Below are positions 8,889 to 18,522 of a DNA stretch of 64,000 nucleotides, piece by piece. The stretch lies in the IMG/VR virus record IMGVR_UViG_3300005393_000370; one strand, written 5' to 3'. The notes beneath the pieces were generated by a model. That model made no database searches. It saw only the letters and a list, made by a program, of their open reading frames with translations, and was not told where the DNA came from. The stretch is from a virus. Each line of letters starts with the position of its first letter. The first letter of the stretch is position 1. Both the position numbers and the translations under genes were made by a program.

Positions 8889-9395
8889 ATGACGTATCCT
8901 GCCAACTTCGGACTGAACCAGCAGATTCGGCGCGTGCTCTACGCGCTGAAGCGTCAATACGGCGGCACGATTGTCGTTTATCAGAACGGTACGGTGACTA
9001 CGGATACGAAGACCGGCGAAACGACCCGGACGAAGACGGCCACGCGGATTCAGCGGGCCGTCGTCCTGCCCGAAACCATCAGCCGCGAAGTGAAGCAGTC
9101 GATCTCGCTGATCTCCGCGAACAAGCAAATGGTCACGGGCGGAGGATACGAGGCGGGCAAGCGGCTGTTCATCGTCGAACGCCGCGACTGTCCCCACCTC
9201 GTCCTGAAGGAGAGCGACTGGCTCGTCTACCACGGCCGCAAGTATGCAATCGAGAACTTCGAGGAGTACGAGTTCGATGCGGCCTACATCATCCACGGCA
9301 AGGAATTGGTGGGCGAGTCGATCAGCGGCGGGGCGACGGTGGCGGAAGCCGCCGCCTCCCTGACGCTCGGCTCTCAGGCCGAAGGGGAGGTGTAG
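8889..9395 (+). CDS. head-tail joining (head closure) protein
   Basis: synteny; beta-rich; DWLVYHGRKYAIE resembles head-closure proteins; start placed at ATG 8889. Confidence 0.55.
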   Translation: MTYPANFGLNQQIRRVLYALKRQYGGTIVVYQNGTVTTDTKTGETTRTKTATRIQRAVVLPETISREVKQSISLISANKQMVTGGGYEAGKRLFIVERRDCPHLVLKESDWLVYHGRKYAIENFEEYEFDAAYIIHGKELVGESISGGATVAEAAASLTLGSQAEGEV

Positions 9396-9397
9396 CC

Positions 9398-9895
9398 ATG
9401 CCCGCCAATCCCAACTGGGCACGCTGGGTCTTCGCATCCGTAGCCACCTACTTGAAGCAAGTGGCTCAAAGCCAGCAGCTTCCCGTTCTGATCGAGGGCT
9501 TGGACGAGCGGACCACAGAGTTTATGAGCGCCACGGATCGGTGCGAGGTCCGTATCACGGGACCGTTCACGAAGGAACTAAGCCGCGACTACTTTCAAGT
9601 CGAGGTCGTGGTCAACGTCCTGTTTGTGAGCCGCTACGAAGAGCAGAAGAACCAGTACGCCATCATCCAGAAGACCGGCGTGTTCCAGGAGGCAATGGAC
9701 GGCAGTATCGCCGTCTACAAGTACGGAAATGGGCCGGAGGACGACGAGCACGCCCTAATCGACTGTCTCTCGCCGGCCCAAGGCCGACACGATGCCATCC
9801 GCGTGATGCACTTCGGCCAGATCAATTCGACCGACCGCTTGAAGCAGAGCATGGTAGACGCTCGCTATCGCATGGAGATTTCCACCAACCCCTAG
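9398..9895 (+). CDS. tail terminator-like protein
   Basis: 165 aa directly before the tail tube gene; alpha/beta pattern EVRITGP...VEVVVNVL. Confidence 0.5.
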   Translation: MPANPNWARWVFASVATYLKQVAQSQQLPVLIEGLDERTTEFMSATDRCEVRITGPFTKELSRDYFQVEVVVNVLFVSRYEEQKNQYAIIQKTGVFQEAMDGSIAVYKYGNGPEDDEHALIDCLSPAQGRHDAIRVMHFGQINSTDRLKQSMVDARYRMEISTNP

Positions 9896-9911
9896 ACAGG
9901 AGAAACCGAAC

Positions 9912-10658
9912 ATGGCACGCATCGAATTGCGAGACTGCGATGTCATTCTGCAAGACGGCCTCAGCGGGACGGCGAAGATCAACGACGCCACCCCGCCGGT
10001 TGCGACCGACACCAGCATGACCATCGACACGATTGTCCTGAACACGGCCGACACCGACTTGGTGCCGATCGGGGCACGTTTCAAGGTCGCGGGTGAGACG
10101 GATCAGGTGTTCCACACCGTCACCGCCCGCACGCCGGCCGACAGCAGCCCGACGACGGACATCACGTTCACGCCGGCTCTCGGCGCGGGCACGTATGCCG
10201 ACGAGGGTGTGGTGACGTTCTACCCCCAGAATCTCGACATCAAGATCGGGGAAGGGAACATCACCTACACCGAGCACAACGAGTACGAGTACCTCAAGGA
10301 TCGGGGCAACCTGGATACGGTGAAGGAAGGCGACGAAGTGCCGATGGACGTGAAGTTGGAGGCCGTCTTCGAGCACATCACCCAGGGCACAAGCGAGCCG
10401 ATCAGCCCAATGGACGCCTTGAAGGGAATCGGCGGGGCGGCCGAGTGGGTGAGCGCGTCCAGCGACCTCTGCGAACCATACTGCGTGGACGTAGTGGTCC
10501 TGCATACGCCGCCCTGTGGCACGGCCGAATTGGAGCGCGTGACCTTCCCTGACTTCCGCTCGGAAACCCGCGAGATCAACTACAAGGAGTCCACGATCTC
10601 GATTACGGGCAAGTGCAAGGCGACCGAACCGCTCGTGGAGCGCGAGGCGGCGGCGTAG
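9912..10658 (+). CDS. major tail (tube) protein
   Basis: 248 aa; strong RBS; lies before chaperone and tape measure; C-terminal ISITGKC strand. Confidence 0.7.
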   Translation: MARIELRDCDVILQDGLSGTAKINDATPPVATDTSMTIDTIVLNTADTDLVPIGARFKVAGETDQVFHTVTARTPADSSPTTDITFTPALGAGTYADEGVVTFYPQNLDIKIGEGNITYTEHNEYEYLKDRGNLDTVKEGDEVPMDVKLEAVFEHITQGTSEPISPMDALKGIGGAAEWVSASSDLCEPYCVDVVVLHTPPCGTAELERVTFPDFRSETREINYKESTISITGKCKATEPLVEREAAA

Positions 10659-10712
10659 TGACGACTCCCCGGCCCCTTGAGGCCGGTTTCTCTGGCCTGC
10701 AAGACCAGATAT

Positions 10713-10757
10713 GCGGTGCCGGCAGCGGTGCCGGCACCGCCTCTTACTCTTTCCTTT
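10713..10757 (+). terminator. putative intrinsic terminator after the tail tube gene
   Basis: perfect 11-bp stem GCGGTGCCGGC/GCCGGCACCGC followed by a pyrimidine tract. Confidence 0.55.
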
Positions 10758-10775
10758 CAGCGAGGGAACAAAGCA

Positions 10776-11303
10776 ATGAAGATCGCCGGTGTTGACCCTA
10801 AATCACTTTCCAACGAAGTGTTGCTGGTCCTGCCGCGCGGCGACAATGAGATCGTCTTCCGCGCCAAGGGCCTGCCCGACATGGCGGAGTTCGAGGCCCT
10901 GTGTCCGACTCCCAAGCCGCCGGGCAAGTTCACCAAGGACGGCTGGATTCCCAACCTCAATGATCCTACCTACCAGCAAATCCTCGGCGAGTGGGCCAAG
11001 AAACGGCTGGGCTACCTGGTCGTCAAGTCTTTGGCCCCGTCCGAGATTGAGTGGGATTCGGTCAAGGAAAACGATCCTCGCACTTGGCCCAAGTACGAGG
11101 ACGATCTGAAGAGCGCGGGGCTGACCCAGGTGGAGTGCAATCGTGTGCTCGGGCTGGTCCTGGAGGCGAACGCCCTGGACGACACCAAGATACAACGGGC
11201 GCGCGAGGTTTTTCTGCGTGGTCAGGGACCGATGCCCGAAGAGTTCTCTTCGCCCCTTTCCGAACCGCCGAGTTCGCCGTCTGGCGGGCCTGTGAACGGC
11301 TAG
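10776..11303 (+). CDS. tail assembly chaperone (G-like), with probable -1 frameshift extension to 11479
   Basis: between tail tube and tape measure; a -1 frame ORF overlaps its 3' end and ends at 11479; GGTTTTT at 11207-11213. Confidence 0.65.
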   Translation: MKIAGVDPKSLSNEVLLVLPRGDNEIVFRAKGLPDMAEFEALCPTPKPPGKFTKDGWIPNLNDPTYQQILGEWAKKRLGYLVVKSLAPSEIEWDSVKENDPRTWPKYEDDLKSAGLTQVECNRVLGLVLEANALDDTKIQRAREVFLRGQGPMPEEFSSPLSEPPSSPSGGPVNG

Positions 11304-11481
11304 GAGTCCGGCCACCGGGCGTCAAGCCGTCCTGGGACGAGTGCGGCGTTGAGACCCAGGCCATGATCGTCGCCTTCGACCAAATGCGAAGTCACGACGA
11401 AGCGGAGCGGGAAGCTCAACTGGCCGGGGCAAGGACGCCCTTCGCGGCAGCCCGGCCGGCGAAAGGGGAAGGTTCCTGACC

Positions 11482-12015
11482 ATGAAGTTCACGGCCCATC
11501 TCTCGATCCCGCGCATCGACGGAGCGGCCTATCGCAACGTCCTGGACGCCCACATGAAGGATGTGATTGCCCAGGGCCTCATGGAGTGGTTGGAAGCGGT
11601 CTTGGCGGAGATTCCGGTGTGGAGTGGGGCATCGCGGGCGACATTCCTGAAGCTGGCCCAGCAGATCGGCTACGGGCTGCCCGTCGCGCCGGCGGCGGTT
11701 GAGACGGCTCACGGGTTGTTCACCGAACGGATCGACCGGACCTGGATGGGCACCGCGCAGAGCGACGGCAAGCTGACGGCGGACAAGGAGACCGGCGAGT
11801 ACACGTTTACTTACAGCACGACGCTGCCCTGGCTCATCTGGAACGAGTATCACAACGCCAACGTCGAGCCGGACCCGACGCTCTTCTATCGGTTGATTGA
11901 ACCTGGTCCCTACAACTTCCAGGTCACGGGTGCCAGGGCCTTCTTGCGGTTTGCGGAGACGGTGGACCTTCCCAAGGTCAAGCCTCACATGCGCGTGGTG
12001 CGAGTGAAGTCCTAG
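11482..12015 (+). CDS. HK97 gp10-like tail component
   Basis: IPVWSGASRA resembles the tPVdtG.lR motif; Y..Y.EY-like stretch; synteny. Confidence 0.5.
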   Translation: MKFTAHLSIPRIDGAAYRNVLDAHMKDVIAQGLMEWLEAVLAEIPVWSGASRATFLKLAQQIGYGLPVAPAAVETAHGLFTERIDRTWMGTAQSDGKLTADKETGEYTFTYSTTLPWLIWNEYHNANVEPDPTLFYRLIEPGPYNFQVTGARAFLRFAETVDLPKVKPHMRVVRVKS

Positions 12016-12027
12016 CAAGGTGCTCGA

Positions 12028-15000
12028 ATGGCCGACGAAACCATTGTCAATAAACTCGGCTTCAGTGTCGAAGACGCCTTGCGCGAGCTTCAGCGATTGG
12101 ATTCCGCGCTGCAAACCTCGGGCACCGCTTTCCAGACGTTCGGCGAGCGGATGAACGCCTGGAACAGTGGGGCGGAAGCCGCCGTCAACCGGATGAAAGA
12201 GATGGCCTCGGCCGCCACGCGGCTGGCCAATTCGATGGCGAAGACGGCGGGCGGGCCAGCAGCGCCGGCAGCCCCGGCCACCGCGCCCACCTCCAAGCTC
12301 TGGCTGCCCTCTGGCGTGGCCGAGGAGGCCCAGAAGGCCAATCAGACGATGCAGAATCTCGGCAACACGGCGACGGAAGCCGGGAACAAGATGCGCGAGG
12401 CGGGCGAGAAGGGCACGAAGGCCGGGAAGGATGCCGGCGAGGCGGCGAAGCACGCCCACGAGCATACCAAGGAGTGGACCATTGGTTGGGAAACTCTGAC
12501 GCGAGTGGTGATGACTCAGGCCATCGTCCGTGCTTTGAGCCAAATCCGTGATCTCTTGCGCGAGTCGGTGGATCAGGCGCTCAAGTTCTCCACGCATATC
12601 TCGGAAATCCAGACCATCGCCCCGAGGATCGACCGCAACTTCCAAGGATTGAGCAAGGAAGTCGCCAACCTTTCCAAGCAGTTCAACTTCCCGCTGCCCG
12701 ACGTGGCCGAGGCGGTGTATCAGACGATCTCCGACCAGTTCACCACGGCGGCCGAGCGCACGGATATTCTGACGGCCGCCGCCAAGCTGGCCAAGGTTGG
12801 CGTGATGGATTTGAACGAGGCCGCACAGCTTTTGACGGGTACTCTCAACGCCTACGGCATGGCGTCGGACCAGGCCGAAACTGTGGCGGCCAAGTTCTTC
12901 AGGACCGTTGAGTTGGGCCGGATGCGCGGAGCCGAGTTGACCCCGGTGATTGGCCGCATCATCCCAATTGCCAATGAGTTGGGCGTCAACCTGGATGAAG
13001 TCAACTCCTCGATGGTCGCCTTGACCATCGGCTCGATGCGCGTCAATGAGGCGGCCACCGGCTTCCGGGCGGCGATGTCGGCCCTTATCAAGCCTTCCGA
13101 GCAGATGCAAAAGGAGTTGGCTGCGCTGGGCTACGCCACGCCGCAATTGGCGGTCAAGGCCGAGGGACTGCAAGGCATCTTCCTCAAGCTGGCTGGCAGC
13201 ACAGACGAGAACGTGGCGGCGATGGCCAAGCTGTTCCTCAACATCCGTGGCTTGAACGCCGAAGCGCGTTTGACCGGCGAGGGGGCGGAAAAGGTCGCCG
13301 AGGCCATGAAGGCAATGAGCGACATCAATCTCACCGACAACTTCAACGAGATATTCAAGCAGTTCACCTCCACCGACGCCCAGCAGTACATGGCGGAGTT
13401 GAACAGGTTTAAGACGACGTTGGCGACCGAGGTGGGGCCGGAACTGGTCAGGTTCCTCAAGCAACTGCTGGATGCGGCGGGCGGGGCGGACGGCTTGGCG
13501 TCGGCGCTCAAGAGCATCGCCACGACCTTGACGAGCCTGGCCGAACTGCTCGCGCCGGTGGGCGGGTTGATGGCGCTATTCTCGCTTCGCGGCAAGCTGG
13601 CGGGCATGACCGGCTTCAAGGGCGCGATCCTCAACAACGTCGTCGCGCCGTTGACGATGGCGTCGTGGGCTGCGGATTTCCTGGATTCGCAGATGGCCAC
13701 GATGCTCGACAACGCCAATGCGAAGTTTCGCAAGGACGTTGCGGAGATCGTGGCTTCCCAGAAGAAGGCGGCCCAGTCGCGGCTGGACGCCGAGATGAAG
13801 GTCTATGACGAAGCCGGCCGCCGCTTGGCGCAGTACACGGCCGAGGTGCGCAAGGAGTACAACGCCCAAGTGGACCATGTACGGAAGGCCAATGAGGAGT
13901 TGGTCGTTTCGGCGCGGACCACGATGCAGTCGATGATTACGGCCCGCGAAAAGGTCGTGCAGCAATTGCGCGCGGCCGCGCAGGACGCCAATAAGGCGGC
14001 CGAAGACTCTATGAAGCGTCAGGCCGATGCCCAGGCCAGGTTGGACGACCTGCTCTTCAAGCGACGGCTCGAAGAGCGGCAGAAGCACGACGACTACTTC
14101 AAGAAGCCCGAAGTCACGTCGGATATGTACGGCCGGCGGGCGCTCGAATTGGCGCAGCAGGCTGCGGGCCTTTTGGCCAAGGCCGAGACCCCGGACCAGG
14201 AGCGGACGGCCCAGGCGATCTTCCAGCGGGCGGCGGCCTACGCCCAGGAAGCGGAACAGATCGCCAAGGGGACCGAGAACGAGTGGCTGCGGAAACGTGC
14301 CGCCGACACGGTGGAAGACATCATCCGCAAGCAGATCGAGGCCGAGAAAGAGCTTCAGGCCAATAGCGCCACCCGCACCTCGGTGGCTGCCCGTGCGGCT
14401 GCTCAAGAGCAAGAGCGCGTGAACCGGATGAAGGTCTTGATGAAGGGAATCCTCGAAGACCTTGATCTGTTCGACAAGAAAGGTCCGGTGGACCCCAAGA
14501 AGACGGCCGAGATGTCGGCCGACTTGAAGAGCAAGATGGCCGCCTTCAAGAAGGAATGGATGGACGGCACGGCCGATCTCAGCCTGGACGAGATGCTGAA
14601 GTTCGACGACCTGGGGCGGCGGGTCAAGACGGCCTTGGAGGGCGGCGTCTCGGAGGCGGAGGTCCAGAAGCTCTTTGCCGCTCCGACAACGATTGACCAG
14701 TTTCGTGCCCAGATCGAGGCGGGACTGAACAAGAAGGCGATGGAGGTCTCGGTCCTGTTGCCGGTGGCCTCGCCTGATCTCGCCAAGAAGCTGTTGGCGG
14801 AGATGCCCTTGCCCGACCGGGACAAGTACCTTCAGCAACAGAACAACGCCTACGAAAAGCAACTGGAACTGGTCAAGAAGCTCGCCAGCGAACAGCAGAG
14901 TTTGACGGCCGCCACGACCAATCAGAAAGCGGCCGTGGGATCGCTCGGGGCGAACCTGCAAATCTACGAGCAGGGCATGGAGCGTTGGGGCACCTTCTTG

Positions 15001-15846
15001 AGTCAAGCTGCGGCCAAGGCGAAAGGCGCGATCCTCGGCGGCGGGGACATTCAGAAGGAAACCAAGGCCCTCGCCGACATGATGCAGCGTTTCCAGCAGT
15101 TGTCCAAGGCCGGCGGCAAGGATTTCGGGCTGAAGGAGTATGAGGAATTGCAGAAGAAGGCCACGGCGCTTATGGCCAGCCCCACCATCACGGATTGGGA
15201 CCGCAGTTTCCTCACCAACCAGATGGCCAACTTGAAGGTCTTGGCCGAGCAGACCGAAGCGCTCAAGAAGTTGCAGACGCCGCAAGGCCAGCCCCGCGAC
15301 GTGGAAACGGAGTTGCTCAAGGCCCGGCAGGAGGCCGAACGCCTCAAGGAACTGATCGACAAGCTGCGGCCCCAGGCGGCGACGGAAATGGGCGAAGGCG
15401 CGAAGGCGGCCCAAACGTCGCTGAGCGCGATCCCGAGCATGGCGGGCCTGGCCGGCGACATCCAAGCGGCGGCCACGGCTATGTGGGACTTGGCCGCCGC
15501 CTCGTGGAGTGTGCAGGCCCCGCCGTCCGCCATGACGGCGGCCAAGGGCCGGATCGCGTGGAACTTCTTGTCCCTCGGCGGCCCAGTGCAGGGCACGGAT
15601 GTTATCCCGGCGATGCTCTCGCCGGGCGAGGTGGTCATCAACGCCGCCTCGGCGCGGCGATTCGCCGCACAACTGACCGCCATCAATGCCGGCGTGCAGC
15701 CGGTCTATCGCAGCGAAGGCGGCAGCGTCACCAACATCGGTGACATCAACGTGAACGTAACCGGCGGCGGAACTAGCCGCCAAACGGCTAGGGAAATCGC
15801 CGCCGAGATTCGACGCGAATTGCGGCGCGGCACGGCGACCCTGTAA
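12028..15846 (+). CDS. tail tape measure protein, TP901-like core
   Basis: 1272 aa, Ala-rich and helical; AEAVYQTIS and AAAKLAKVG core; C-terminal GGPV.GTD.IPAMLSPGEVVINA motif. Confidence 0.92.
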   Translation: MADETIVNKLGFSVEDALRELQRLDSALQTSGTAFQTFGERMNAWNSGAEAAVNRMKEMASAATRLANSMAKTAGGPAAPAAPATAPTSKLWLPSGVAEEAQKANQTMQNLGNTATEAGNKMREAGEKGTKAGKDAGEAAKHAHEHTKEWTIGWETLTRVVMTQAIVRALSQIRDLLRESVDQALKFSTHISEIQTIAPRIDRNFQGLSKEVANLSKQFNFPLPDVAEAVYQTISDQFTTAAERTDILTAAAKLAKVGVMDLNEAAQLLTGTLNAYGMASDQAETVAAKFFRTVELGRMRGAELTPVIGRIIPIANELGVNLDEVNSSMVALTIGSMRVNEAATGFRAAMSALIKPSEQMQKELAALGYATPQLAVKAEGLQGIFLKLAGSTDENVAAMAKLFLNIRGLNAEARLTGEGAEKVAEAMKAMSDINLTDNFNEIFKQFTSTDAQQYMAELNRFKTTLATEVGPELVRFLKQLLDAAGGADGLASALKSIATTLTSLAELLAPVGGLMALFSLRGKLAGMTGFKGAILNNVVAPLTMASWAADFLDSQMATMLDNANAKFRKDVAEIVASQKKAAQSRLDAEMKVYDEAGRRLAQYTAEVRKEYNAQVDHVRKANEELVVSARTTMQSMITAREKVVQQLRAAAQDANKAAEDSMKRQADAQARLDDLLFKRRLEERQKHDDYFKKPEVTSDMYGRRALELAQQAAGLLAKAETPDQERTAQAIFQRAAAYAQEAEQIAKGTENEWLRKRAADTVEDIIRKQIEAEKELQANSATRTSVAARAAAQEQERVNRMKVLMKGILEDLDLFDKKGPVDPKKTAEMSADLKSKMAAFKKEWMDGTADLSLDEMLKFDDLGRRVKTALEGGVSEAEVQKLFAAPTTIDQFRAQIEAGLNKKAMEVSVLLPVASPDLAKKLLAEMPLPDRDKYLQQQNNAYEKQLELVKKLASEQQSLTAATTNQKAAVGSLGANLQIYEQGMERWGTFLSQAAAKAKGAILGGGDIQKETKALADMMQRFQQLSKAGGKDFGLKEYEELQKKATALMASPTITDWDRSFLTNQMANLKVLAEQTEALKKLQTPQGQPRDVETELLKARQEAERLKELIDKLRPQAATEMGEGAKAAQTSLSAIPSMAGLAGDIQAAATAMWDLAAASWSVQAPPSAMTAAKGRIAWNFLSLGGPVQGTDVIPAMLSPGEVVINAASARRFAAQLTAINAGVQPVYRSEGGSVTNIGDINVNVTGGGTSRQTAREIAAEIRRELRRGTATL

Positions 15847-15871
15847 CCCCTTTTCATCGAGAGGAACACCT

Positions 15872-16480
15872 ATGAGCGTCAGTCGAATGAGTGTTGGGCA
15901 GAACGCGGGTTGCAGCATGGTCCGCGCCCGCAAGTGCGACGATCAGCTTCAACCCCGCGGCCGGTTCGTGGTCGAGCACTTCCGCAAGGGAGAGAAGATC
16001 GGCCACTACGAGTTCCCCAACGGGATCGCCAACCAGGGCAAGAACAAGCTCCTAGACGTGATGTTTCACGGCGTCTCGGCCATCACGACCTGGTGGCTGG
16101 GGCTGATCGACAACAGCGGCTACAGCGCGCTGGCCGCTGGGGACACCTACGCCAACATCAACCAGGCGGGCAACGGCTGGGACGAGTTCACCGACTACAC
16201 GGACCCGGCCAACGCCGGCAGCGCCAGCACCCGGCCCGAGTGGACGGAGGGTGCAGCGTCGGGCCAGGCGATTACCAACGGCAGCCCGGTGGTCTTCGAC
16301 ATCACCGGCAGCGGCACGGTCAAGGGCCTGTTCCTCGTCGGCGGTGCTGCCAACGCCCAGAACAAGGGCGACTACCAAGCGGCCGGGGCCGTGCTGTGGG
16401 CCACGGCGCTGTTTGGCACCGGCGACGTGCCGGTCAACGCCGAGGACCAGTTGAAGGTGACGTACACCGTCAGCGCGTAA
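15872..16480 (+). CDS. putative tail/virion protein
   Basis: 202 aa; GAGG RBS; HYEFPNGI.NQG...LLDVMF and LKVTYTVS motifs common in phage tail regions. Confidence 0.6.
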   Translation: MSVSRMSVGQNAGCSMVRARKCDDQLQPRGRFVVEHFRKGEKIGHYEFPNGIANQGKNKLLDVMFHGVSAITTWWLGLIDNSGYSALAAGDTYANINQAGNGWDEFTDYTDPANAGSASTRPEWTEGAASGQAITNGSPVVFDITGSGTVKGLFLVGGAANAQNKGDYQAAGAVLWATALFGTGDVPVNAEDQLKVTYTVSA

Positions 16481-16499
16481 GAGGAGACTCCCTCGCCAC

Positions 16500-16543
16500 G
16501 GGTCGGGTGGGGTCGCTTATGACCCCGCTCGGCCCTTCTTTCT
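16500..16543 (+). terminator. putative intrinsic terminator or processing hairpin
   Basis: 15-bp stem with G-U pairs, GGGTCGGGTGGGGTC/GACCCCGCTCGGCCC, followed by TTCTTTCT. Confidence 0.55.
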
Positions 16544-16561
16544 CCCTTTTGAGGAATCACG

Positions 16562-17536
16562 ATGGCCTACGAACGATTTGCCAACGGCGGCCTCTCCTCG
16601 CTGGACACCGCCATCGACAACGACGATCTCGCCTTGACCGTGAAGTCGGCTGTCGGATTCCCCACCGGCGGCAACTTTCGCATCATCATCGACAACGAGA
16701 TCATCCTGGTCACGGACGTACAGGGCAAGACCTTCACGATTACGCGGGCACAAGAGGGGACCAGCGCCGCCAGCCACGATGCGGATGCGGCGGTCTTCCA
16801 TATTCTCACGGCCGGTGCCTTGGCTCAGCGGGACAGCGACCAGTTTGCCGTGGGCGCAGTTGCCGACCGCGATCCTGCCGGGCAAGCGGGCCGGCTCTAT
16901 CTGCCTACCGAAGGGTACATCGCCCGCGACAACGGCCTCGAATGGGAGCGGCTGCCCTTCTGGCGATTCACGCCGCCGGCCAGCGGCGACTTCACCTGGG
17001 TCAACCAAGGCTCGGCGACCGCTGCGGACGTGAAGGGCATGATGGTCTTGACCACGCCGAGCGTGGCATCGGGCGAGAATCTGCGGTGTCTCGTCAAGTC
17101 CGCGCCGGCGACTCCCTACACGATTACCGTTGCCTTGATGGCCCACAGTCCCATCTACACCACCTCATCGGTGATGCCGCAGTATGGCATTTGTCTGCGC
17201 GATAGTGCTTCGGGCAAGCTGCTTGTCTACGGCTTCGGCTACAACAACTACCCCTTCCGCTTTCAGTACGCGCAGATGACGAACGCCACGACGGTTTCCG
17301 GCGGCGTCGTGGACACGACGGTGCCCCGGCACTGGCCGCTTTGGTTGCGGGTTGCGGACGACGGCACCTACCGCCGGGTCTACGTCTCCGGGGATGGCGT
17401 TCGATTTCAGCCTGCGGTGTCGGCCGAGTCGCGGACAGCATTTCTCACGGCCGATCAAGTCGGCGTGTTCGCCAACAGTTGGAAGAACGACAAGATAACG
17501 CGCGTCATTTCTTTTCTGCACTGGAGGGAGTCCTAA
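16562..17536 (+). CDS. putative receptor-binding/tail protein, paralog 1
   Basis: 324 aa; N-terminal beta module, GRLYLPTEG and WVNQGSAT shared with the next two ORFs; divergent beta-rich C-domain ending FLHWRES. Confidence 0.7.
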   Translation: MAYERFANGGLSSLDTAIDNDDLALTVKSAVGFPTGGNFRIIIDNEIILVTDVQGKTFTITRAQEGTSAASHDADAAVFHILTAGALAQRDSDQFAVGAVADRDPAGQAGRLYLPTEGYIARDNGLEWERLPFWRFTPPASGDFTWVNQGSATAADVKGMMVLTTPSVASGENLRCLVKSAPATPYTITVALMAHSPIYTTSSVMPQYGICLRDSASGKLLVYGFGYNNYPFRFQYAQMTNATTVSGGVVDTTVPRHWPLWLRVADDGTYRRVYVSGDGVRFQPAVSAESRTAFLTADQVGVFANSWKNDKITRVISFLHWRES

Positions 17537-18522
17537 TGGCTGAGCAATTCAAGAACCTCGCCAGCACTACGCTCGCCGAAGACCTGGATGATTCGGAAAC
17601 TGAGGTCGATGTCGCTAGCGCGATGGGCTTCACCGGCGGCGATTTCCGCATCCTCGTGGATAGCGAGATTATGAAGGTCACAGGCGTCAGCGGGACGACC
17701 TTAACGGTCTCACGCGGGGCGGAAGGAACGAGTCCGAGCGCCCACACCAATGGCGCTACCGTCCGTCACGTCTTGACGGTCGGCGCGCTCGACGCCCACG
17801 ACCAGAACGATCTGGTGGTCCGAGACGCCTATGCCAGCAAACCGGCGGCCGGTGTGCCGGGGCGCATCTTCCTGCCGACCGATGGTATCTTCATCGAGCG
17901 CGACAATGGCTCGGCGTGGGAAAAGTTCGGCCCGCTTTGGCCCATGACCCCTCCCCAAGCCTCGGAGTTCCCGACGTGGGTGAACCAAGGCTCGGCGACT
18001 GTTGCGGACAACAAAGGGGCACTCTGGTTCGAGTCGCCGACCCTCTCCAGCACCAACCTCCGGCTGCGGGTGAAAGCGTATCCCAGCCCGCCGTTCACGG
18101 TGGAAATGGCGATTCTACATCTCGTTCCCCCTAATGCCGGCAGCTACGCGGGTGCGGGGCTTATTATCCGCGATGATGTGTCGGGCAAGGTGCAACACTA
18201 CGGGTTTTACGATGGTGCTCCGGGCTTGATTGGGGGCTACAGCCGTCCCACCGTCACGGGTAGTTCCACCGCCATCACGGGTTGGCCTGGATCGGGACAA
18301 CTTTACCAGACCGAATCAGGGCTGCTCTGGATCAAGTACGAAGACGACAACACGAACCGCAAGATTTCGATTTCCACGGACGGCTATTCGTGGGTGCAGA
18401 TGGTCAGCCTCGCCCGAACCGACTACCTGACTCCGACGCAGATCGGGATTTGGCTTGCAGCCCAGCAAACCACTCCTGACTGCAACCAGGGGGCAACCTT
18501 TCTCCACTGGAAGCAATACTAA
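17536..18522 (+). CDS. putative receptor-binding/tail protein, paralog 2
   Basis: 328 aa from ATG 17536 (TAATG overlap); GRIFLPTDG, WVNQGSAT, ends FLHWKQY. Confidence 0.7.
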   Translation: MAEQFKNLASTTLAEDLDDSETEVDVASAMGFTGGDFRILVDSEIMKVTGVSGTTLTVSRGAEGTSPSAHTNGATVRHVLTVGALDAHDQNDLVVRDAYASKPAAGVPGRIFLPTDGIFIERDNGSAWEKFGPLWPMTPPQASEFPTWVNQGSATVADNKGALWFESPTLSSTNLRLRVKAYPSPPFTVEMAILHLVPPNAGSYAGAGLIIRDDVSGKVQHYGFYDGAPGLIGGYSRPTVTGSSTAITGWPGSGQLYQTESGLLWIKYEDDNTNRKISISTDGYSWVQMVSLARTDYLTPTQIGIWLAAQQTTPDCNQGATFLHWKQY

